Shown here in pieces: positions 57,251 through 64,000 of a stretch of DNA of 64,000 bases. The translations under genes were made by a program, and so were the position numbers. The notes under the pieces are model-generated. The model did no database searches. It saw only the letters and a program-made list of their open reading frames with translations, and was not told the DNA's origin. Numbering within the stretch: the stretch's first letter is position 1; every line of letters starts with the position of its first letter. The stretch is from a bacterium (GTDB taxonomy: Bacteria > Eisenbacteria > RBG-16-71-46). The DNA is taken from positions 1 through 64,000 of the forward strand of contig JAYWEM010000084.1 in the NCBI GenBank assembly GCA_043779265.1, in the 5' to 3' direction.

Positions 57251-59659
57251 ATGGACAGTTGGATCCACGACATCCGCACCGCCGCTCGGTCGCTGCGACG
57301 TGCGCCGGGATTCTCGATGCTCGTCATCGTGATGATGGCGCTCGGCATCGGCGTCAACGCGATGATCTACACCGTCGTCCAGGGCATCCTGTTCCATCAG
57401 CAGCCTTTCCCCGAGCCCGCCCGCATCGTCACGATCGACTCGTGGCAGGGGCGGCAGGATGATCTCGACGAACTCTCGCCCCCCGACTTCCTGGATCTGA
57501 AGGACCGAACTCGAACGCTCTCGGCGTTCGCCGTCTACAACGAGAGCATGCTCTACCTCACGATCGGCCAGGATCCGCAGCGATTCCAGTCGGCGTGGGC
57601 GAGTGCCGAGCTGCTCGATGTACTCCAGGTCCAGCCCATCCTCGGTCGATGGTTCTCCGAGGAGGAGTGCACGGAGGGGCGGCAATACGAGTCCGTGGTG
57701 CTCGGACATCGGCTGTGGACGGAGCGATTCGGCGGGGATCCGCAGATCCTCGGGCGCACGCTGCGGATGAGTGGGCGGACCCGCACCGTGATCGGCGTGT
57801 TGCCCGAGGGCCTGCGCTTCCCCGAAGTCGCGGAGCTGTACATCCCGATCGTGGTCGACCCGAACGAAGAGGAGCGGGGGAGCCACTATCTGGAGTCAGT
57901 CGCGCGCTTGGCCCCAGGCGTCTCGATCGAGCAGGCACAGGCAGAGTTCCGCACGCTTGGCGCACAGCTCGAGCAAGAACACCCGGTCAAGGGCAAGGGC
58001 AAGGGATTCCGGCCGACGATCCTGAGCGAGGCGCTCGTGCGGGACATCCGGCCGATGATGCTGATGCTGGCGCTGGCCGTGTTGTTCGTGCTCCTGATCG
58101 CGTGCGCGAACATCGCCAATCTGACACTGGCACGCGCGACGAATCGCCTGCGTGAACTCGGCGTACGCATGGCGCTCGGAGCGGGCCGGGGTCGGGTCAT
58201 TCGCCAGTTGCTGCTGGAGAGCGTGCTGCTCGGCATCGTCGGCGGGCTCGGTGGATTCTTCGTCGCGCAGTGGGGTTTGGAGCTCACGACACGTGCCATT
58301 CCGATCGAGCTGCCGTACTGGATGACGTTCGAGGTGGATGGCCGCGTGTTCGCCACCACGCTCCTCCTGTCCATCGTCGCGGGCATGGCGGCGGGGCTCG
58401 TGCCCGCCCTGCAATTGGGAGGATCGGATCTGATCACTCCGCTTCGCGAGGGGTCTTCGGGCGGAGGGGACAGCCCGACACGCCGACGCATCCGCAATGG
58501 TCTTGTCATCAGCGAGATCGCAATCGCCGTGCTGATGCTGGTCGGCTCGGGCCTCATGGTGCGCACGTTCCTGAATCTCGCCGAGCAGCGGCGCGGCCTG
58601 CAGCCGAAGGGCGTGCTGACCGGCCAGGTCACCCTGCCCGTGGCGGTCTACCCGGCGGACTGGCAGAAGAGCGCCTTCTTCCAGGAGTTCCGCGACGCGA
58701 TCGCCGAGCTTCCGGGAGTCACGGCCGCAGGCGGCGTATCCGCCCTGCACCTGGGGCGCAGTTCCACGGCGCGGACGATCCAGCGTAAGGGCATCGACAG
58801 CGACGATGCGACGAGCCCGCCCGTCTCCCAGACGAACATCATCACGCCCGGCTATCTCGAGTCGGTGGGGATCCCGCTGCTGCGAGGACGCTCGTTCACA
58901 GCCGACGACGACTCGGGCAGCATGCGCGTCGTGCTCGTGAATCGCTTCGCGGCCGAGATGCTGTGGCCCGGGCAGGAGCCCATCGGCAAGCGCATCCGCT
59001 ACGGCAGTCGCGACAGCCTGTGGAAGACCGTGGTCGGGGTCATCGGCGACGTCCGTCAACACGTGTCGCGCTCGGAGACGCTGGCGGAGGTGCTGGCGCC
59101 ACATGCGCAACCCCCGGTGCAGACGATGACCTGGACCATCCGCACCGAGGGCGACATGGGTACGCTGTCCGGCGCCGTTCGCTCGCTGCTCCGCTCGCGC
59201 GATGCCGACTTGCCGTTCTACGAAGCGCGCTCGCTCGAGGAACATCTGCGGCGGGCACTCTGGGAGGAGCGCCTCTACGCCTGGCTGTTCGGGGCGTTCT
59301 CGGCCCTGGCCCTGGTGATCGCGGCGGTCGGCATCTACGGCGTCATGGCCTATGCCGTCGCGCAGCGGACGCGTGAGATCGGCATCCGCATGGCGCTTGG
59401 GGCTGCTCGCGGGGAGGTGCAGCGCATGGTCGTGTTCCAGGCGATGCGGCTTTCGGCGATCGGCCTGGGGCTCGGCCTCGCCGCCGCTTTCGTGCTCACT
59501 CGATTCATGGTCGGCATGTTGTTCGGCATCCGGCCGGATGATCCGCCCACCTACATCGTCGTCGTCTCGATCCTGGCGATGAGCGCTCTTCTCGCCGCGT
59601 GGGTCCCGGCGGCGCGCGCGACGCGCGTCGACCCGATGATCGCACTCCGTCACGAATAG
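57251..59659 (+). CDS. ADOP-type duplicated MacB/FtsX ABC permease
   Basis: APGF, LGIGVN, ACANIANL, RTREIGIRMALGA and VDPMIALR motifs. Confidence 0.93.
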   Translation: MDSWIHDIRTAARSLRRAPGFSMLVIVMMALGIGVNAMIYTVVQGILFHQQPFPEPARIVTIDSWQGRQDDLDELSPPDFLDLKDRTRTLSAFAVYNESMLYLTIGQDPQRFQSAWASAELLDVLQVQPILGRWFSEEECTEGRQYESVVLGHRLWTERFGGDPQILGRTLRMSGRTRTVIGVLPEGLRFPEVAELYIPIVVDPNEEERGSHYLESVARLAPGVSIEQAQAEFRTLGAQLEQEHPVKGKGKGFRPTILSEALVRDIRPMMLMLALAVLFVLLIACANIANLTLARATNRLRELGVRMALGAGRGRVIRQLLLESVLLGIVGGLGGFFVAQWGLELTTRAIPIELPYWMTFEVDGRVFATTLLLSIVAGMAAGLVPALQLGGSDLITPLREGSSGGGDSPTRRRIRNGLVISEIAIAVLMLVGSGLMVRTFLNLAEQRRGLQPKGVLTGQVTLPVAVYPADWQKSAFFQEFRDAIAELPGVTAAGGVSALHLGRSSTARTIQRKGIDSDDATSPPVSQTNIITPGYLESVGIPLLRGRSFTADDDSGSMRVVLVNRFAAEMLWPGQEPIGKRIRYGSRDSLWKTVVGVIGDVRQHVSRSETLAEVLAPHAQPPVQTMTWTIRTEGDMGTLSGAVRSLLRSRDADLPFYEARSLEEHLRRALWEERLYAWLFGAFSALALVIAAVGIYGVMAYAVAQRTREIGIRMALGAARGEVQRMVVFQAMRLSAIGLGLGLAAAFVLTRFMVGMLFGIRPDDPPTYIVVVSILAMSALLAAWVPAARATRVDPMIALRHE

Positions 59660-59667
59660 GAGACCCC

Positions 59668-62088
59668 ATGGAGACCATCCTGCAGGACCTGCGATTCGCC
59701 TTCCGGTCACTCCGCAGAAGCCCCGGATTCACCGCCGTCGTGGTCGTCGTCATGGCGCTGGGGATCGGCGTCAATGCCATGGTGTTCTCGATGGTCTACG
59801 GCATCATGTGGCGGCCGTGGCCGTTGCCCGAGTTCTCCCGCGTCCTGACGATCGAGGAGCGTAACCCCAAGCTCGGTGACAACGAGATGAACGTGTCGTA
59901 CCTCAACTACGTCGATCTGAGGGACCGTGCCCAGTCGTTCGAGTCGATCGGGGCGTTCTACGACATCAACGCCCTCGTCGTACTGGACCAGGATCCCGAG
60001 CGCTTCTACGGCTGCAACATCTCGTCCTCGCTGCTGCCGTCCCTGGGGATCCAACCGGTGCTCGGTCGCAACTTCACGCCCGACGAGGAGGTGCGCGGCC
60101 AGAACTGGAGCACGGTCCTCGTCAGTCATCGCATCTGGCAGTCGCGCTACGGCGGTTCGCCGGATGTGCTCGGCCGCACGATTCGAATGAACGGGCTGGT
60201 CCGGACCATCATCGGAGTGCTACCGCCCGGGTTCCAATGGCCCGAGATCCAGGACTTCTACATCCCGCTGGCCCCCGACCCCGCGGACACGGAGACACGG
60301 GAGGATCACCTGGCGAAGGTGACCGCGCGGCTCAAGCCGGGGGTGTCGAGGGAGCAGGCGGCGGCTGAGGTGGCCACGATGTACCGCCAGCTCCAGCTCG
60401 AGCATCCCGAGCACCTGAAGGACATCGAGGCGGGAGTCCTCGGCTATCAGGAATCGTGGACCGAGGGTCCGGGTCCGCTCATGTACATCATCCTGATCGC
60501 CGTCGTCTTCGTGCTCCTGATCGCGTGCGCGAACGTGGCCAACCTGATGCTGGCGCGCACCGCCGCGAGGCGGCGCGAGATCAGTGTGCGCATGGCGCTG
60601 GGCGCGAGCCGCGGCCGCGTCGTGAGGCAGCTGTTCACCGAGAGCCTGGTCCTCGCCCTGTTCGGGGCCGGAGTCGGTGTGCTGTTGGCGCTGTGGGGCA
60701 ATCAGTTGTGGATCGCAGCGATTCCGCTCGAGAAACCCTTCTACATGGATTTCACGATCGACGCGCCCGTGCTGCTCTACACGGCGGGTATCTCGATGCT
60801 GGCTGCGATCGTGTTCGGCGTCACCCCCGCCATGCATGCCACCGATCGCCGGCTCTCTCAGTCGTTGCGCGAGGGCGGTGCACAGTCCGGCACGGCCCGC
60901 AGCGGCCGACGGTTCCGGAACTCGCTCATCGTGGCCGAGGTGGCGCTGTCGATCGTGCTGCTGATCGGCACCGGTCTCATGCTGCGCAGCTTCATGAAGC
61001 TGTCGGCTCAGGGCGACCGGCTCCACACCGAGCAGGTGCTGACTGCGGGGCTTCTGCTGCCCGTGGCGAGTTTCCCGAACGACTCCGCGCGCCGGGTGAC
61101 GGCGGACATGGTGATGCAGCGAGTGCGTGACCTTCCCGGGGTTCGGCAGGCGAGCCTCACGACGTTGATGCCGATGGGACGAAACAGTCAGAACAACCGG
61201 TTGATCACCGAGAGCGGCGCCCATACCGACAAGAACCGCTCGCTCGAGTCGAACGTCGCGAGGATCTACCCGGGCTCGTTCGAGACGCTGGGGTGGGTTC
61301 TGCATCGGGGGCGTGATTTCAACGATGCCGATGAGGCGACGACCCAGCCCGTCGCGATCGTGAATGAGGCCCTCGCCAAGTCGCTGTGGCCCGGCGAGGA
61401 CCCGCTCGGCAAGCGCATCCAGGTGGTCGCGGATGACCGGAAACTCGGATGGCGAGTGGTCGTCGGCCTTGTTCAGGACATCCCGATCAACGTCGATGGT
61501 GGCAAGCACCTGCGCACCGCGTTCGTGCCGCACCGGCAGGAGCCCAACCAGTGGCTCAACCTGCTGGTGCGAGCCGAGGGCGACCCGGCCTCGCTGGCGC
61601 AGCCGCTCCGCAGTTCGATGCGAGAAGTGCTGCCGGATCTGCCCCTGCTCGACGTGCGCACGTTCAGCGAGCACACGAAATTCTCGTTCTGGGTCCGACG
61701 CTTGTTCGCATCGATGATGCTGGTATTCTCCGTGATCGCACTGCTCATCGCGGCCGTCGGGCTCTACGGCGTGATGGCGTTCGCCGTCACCCAGCGGACG
61801 CAGGAGATCGGCATCCGCATGGCACTCGGGGCGGAGCGGGGCTCCGTGCTGCGCATGGTGCTGGGCGATGCCATGAAGCTCACGGTGCTGGGTTCCGGAA
61901 TTGGCTTGGTGATCGCCTTCGCGGTGACCCGTTTCATGGCGACGGTGCTGTTCGATGTGAGTCCCACCGACCCTCCCACCTTCGCCATCGTCGCCCTCAT
62001 TCTCACGACCAGTGCGGCCATCGCCTCGCTGGTGCCGGCTCTGCGGGCGACTCGCGTCGACCCGATGGTCGCGCTGCGTTCGGATTGA
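59668..62088 (+). CDS. ADOP-type duplicated MacB/FtsX ABC permease
   Basis: LQDLRFAFRSL, ACANVANL, RTQEIGIRMALGA and VDPMVALR motifs. Confidence 0.93.
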   Translation: METILQDLRFAFRSLRRSPGFTAVVVVVMALGIGVNAMVFSMVYGIMWRPWPLPEFSRVLTIEERNPKLGDNEMNVSYLNYVDLRDRAQSFESIGAFYDINALVVLDQDPERFYGCNISSSLLPSLGIQPVLGRNFTPDEEVRGQNWSTVLVSHRIWQSRYGGSPDVLGRTIRMNGLVRTIIGVLPPGFQWPEIQDFYIPLAPDPADTETREDHLAKVTARLKPGVSREQAAAEVATMYRQLQLEHPEHLKDIEAGVLGYQESWTEGPGPLMYIILIAVVFVLLIACANVANLMLARTAARRREISVRMALGASRGRVVRQLFTESLVLALFGAGVGVLLALWGNQLWIAAIPLEKPFYMDFTIDAPVLLYTAGISMLAAIVFGVTPAMHATDRRLSQSLREGGAQSGTARSGRRFRNSLIVAEVALSIVLLIGTGLMLRSFMKLSAQGDRLHTEQVLTAGLLLPVASFPNDSARRVTADMVMQRVRDLPGVRQASLTTLMPMGRNSQNNRLITESGAHTDKNRSLESNVARIYPGSFETLGWVLHRGRDFNDADEATTQPVAIVNEALAKSLWPGEDPLGKRIQVVADDRKLGWRVVVGLVQDIPINVDGGKHLRTAFVPHRQEPNQWLNLLVRAEGDPASLAQPLRSSMREVLPDLPLLDVRTFSEHTKFSFWVRRLFASMMLVFSVIALLIAAVGLYGVMAFAVTQRTQEIGIRMALGAERGSVLRMVLGDAMKLTVLGSGIGLVIAFAVTRFMATVLFDVSPTDPPTFAIVALILTTSAAIASLVPALRATRVDPMVALRSD

Positions 62089-62104
62089 GAGGCAGGAGAC
62101 ACTC

Positions 62105-62824
62105 ATGTTCACGAAATCCACCTCGCGCATCGCTCCGGCCGAACTCCCACCGGGTGTGCCGCTCGTCCGGCTGGAGCAGATCGAGAAGTCCCACGATCAC
62201 GGTGGGGGCCGCTTCCACGTGCTGCGGCGCATCGATCTGTCGATCGAACCGGGTGAGTTCGTCTCGGTGATGGGCCCCTCGGGTGCGGGCAAGAGCACCC
62301 TGCTTCACCTGCTCGGGCTGCAGGACTCCGAGTGGGAGGGGCGCTATCACCTGGCTGGCGTCGCCGTGCATGAGTTGGGTGAGCGCGAGCGCGGCAGGCT
62401 GCGCAACGAGACGGTCGGGTTCGTGTTCCAGAGCTACCATCTGCTCGATGACCTGACGGTCGCCGAGAACCTCGAGGTCCCGCTCGGCTACCGCGACATG
62501 CCGCGTTCCGAACGCGAGGCGAGAGTGGCCGAGACCCTCGACCGCTTCGGATTGGCCGCTCGGGCGGATCTTCACCCGCGCCAGCTCTCGGGCGGGCAGC
62601 AGCAACTGGTGGGCGTGGCGCGCGCCGTGATCGGGCAGCCGCGGCTCCTGCTGGCGGACGAGCCCACGGGCAATCTCCATTCCGAGCAGGCGCGTGAGGT
62701 CATGCAGCTGTTCCAGCGCTTGAACGCCCAGGGCATGACGATCGTGCAGGTGACCCACTCCGAGGACAACGCCGCCTTCGGCAAGCGCACGATCCGGTTG
62801 CGCGATGGCTGGCTCGAGGACTGA
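62105..62824 (+). CDS. ABC transporter ATP-binding protein (MacB/LolD type)
   Basis: GPSGAGKS, LSGGQQQ, ADEPTGNLHS and VTHS motifs. Confidence 0.94.
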   Translation: MFTKSTSRIAPAELPPGVPLVRLEQIEKSHDHGGGRFHVLRRIDLSIEPGEFVSVMGPSGAGKSTLLHLLGLQDSEWEGRYHLAGVAVHELGERERGRLRNETVGFVFQSYHLLDDLTVAENLEVPLGYRDMPRSEREARVAETLDRFGLAARADLHPRQLSGGQQQLVGVARAVIGQPRLLLADEPTGNLHSEQAREVMQLFQRLNAQGMTIVQVTHSEDNAAFGKRTIRLRDGWLED

Positions 62825-62919
62825 CGCAGCCCTGACACCGGGGCCCCTCGGTCGAATGCTAGAATCGGGGCCGCCCGTGCGGACCCGCCGGGCGAATTCA
62901 GCTTCCGGGGAGACTGTCG

Positions 62920-63402
62920 ATGCCGCGCTGGGTGCCGATCCTCACGCTAGCACTGGTCTCGTTCGCGGCCGCTCCGGCGCCGGCTCAGACGCTGGCCGAC
63001 GAGGCGTTCCCGCCCCCCGCGTCCTCGCGTTTCACTTGAGAGCCGATCCGGGTCCCGTCGGGACCCATCGTCGACTCCGAGTTCGCGCTCTTCCATCTGA
63101 AGCGGGCGCTGTGGGATCCGGTCGATCCGAATCGGCTGGGGGCGCTGATCGCGGATCTACAATTCCGCGTCAATGGCGAGGTCTATCGCTTCGCCGAGGA
63201 GCGCACGCTGCGCCGGTTCATGATGCATCCGGAGCTGTGGTGTGGGGAACTCCGCGACCCGGTCTCGGGGGTGCGCTTCCGCCCATCCTCGAACTCGCCT
63301 CAGGCCTACTGGGTGGGCGGGCCGTATTTCTTCGAGAGCGAAGACACCAAAACCGCCTTCGTCGACGACCCGCACAAGTTCCAGGTCGTCCGCGCGCTCT
63401 AG
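62920..63402 (+). CDS. Secreted double-YHS-like protein with an in-frame TGA at codon 40 (candidate selenoprotein)
   Basis: GGGGAG RBS, signal peptide and a TGA at 63037. The frame continues into two DPV...Y(R/F)F...F..(H/D)P repeats. Confidence 0.7.
63044..63070 (+). promoter_or_regulatory. Candidate bacterial SECIS hairpin
   Basis: CGAT-cc-GGGTCCC-GTC-GGGACCC-ATCG. The loop begins GU at the 18th nt after the UGA. Confidence 0.55.
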
Positions 63403-63459
63403 GCCGCGGGCGAGCGTCGGGACTCTTGCCGCCGTGCGCCGCATGCTAGGCTCGCCGCG

Positions 63460-64000
63460 ATGACCGACGCGCGTACGACCTACGTCCACGGCACGCATCC
63501 CGAGGAGCAACAGCGCCTCGCCGATCTCAATGCGCTGATCAACGCGCACTCGCTGGCCGCGCTCGAGCCGCGGCTGGGCGAGCGGATGGTCGACTTCGGC
63601 AGCGGGCTCGGGCAGTTCTCGCTCGCGGTCGCGCGCGCGACGGGCGCTCCCGTGATCGGCATCGAGCGCAGCGACGAGCAACGCGCCAGGGCCGTGGACC
63701 TCGCCCGCGAACTCGGGGAGAGCGCCAACGTCGAATTCCGGTGCGGTGATGCGGCGGTGCCACCGCTGACCTCGGCCGAGCAGGGCAGCTTCGACGTCGC
63801 GCACGCACGTTTCCTGCTGGAGCACGTGCAGGACCCACTCGCTGTCGTGCGCGCCATGGCGGCAGCGGTTCGCAGTGGTGGGCGAGTCGTGATCGAGGAC
63901 GATGACCACGAGGTCTTCCGTCCATGGCCCGAGCCGCCCGGCGTGATGCTCGTGTGGCGCGCCTACATGCGCACCTACGACCGCCTCGGCATGGACCCGC
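63460..64000 (+). CDS. Class I SAM-dependent methyltransferase (3' truncated by the window)
   Basis: YVHG..EEQQRL, VDFGSGLG, GDA and FDVAHARFLLEHV.DP motifs. Confidence 0.9.
   Translation, partial: MTDARTTYVHGTHPEEQQRLADLNALINAHSLAALEPRLGERMVDFGSGLGQFSLAVARATGAPVIGIERSDEQRARAVDLARELGESANVEFRCGDAAVPPLTSAEQGSFDVAHARFLLEHVQDPLAVVRAMAAAVRSGGRVVIEDDDHEVFRPWPEPPGVMLVWRAYMRTYDRLGMDP

Overview
High-GC bacterial chromosomal segment with about 50 genes. FlgD-like C-terminal sorting domains and ADOP-type permeases suggest Candidatus Eisenbacteria or a related lineage (inference only). Housekeeping genes include metH, aceE, clpB, hisS, aspS, an arfB-like gene and tRNA-Lys(CTT). No CRISPR array, integrase or transposase was seen. 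Main observations: (1) an ECF sigma / membrane Ser-Thr kinase / secreted TPR-CHAT protease operon in which kinase and protease share the peptide RGVGGVS, encoded by mostly different codons; (2) a secreted double-YHS-like protein with an in-frame TGA followed by a SECIS-like hairpin (candidate selenoprotein); (3) a gene lying between diverged direct repeats of the S9-peptidase promoter and 5' end, coupled to a 33-codon remnant ORF and split at a G8 tract; (4) an orphan trio of NuoK/L/N-like membrane proteins behind a PTS EIIA gene, the NuoN-like one lacking the proton-channel lysines; (5) four probable CTG start codons; (6) a subclass B1 metallo-beta-lactamase; (7) sigma54-type and ECF-type promoter architectures. 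All calls come from reading motifs by eye. No database searches were run.
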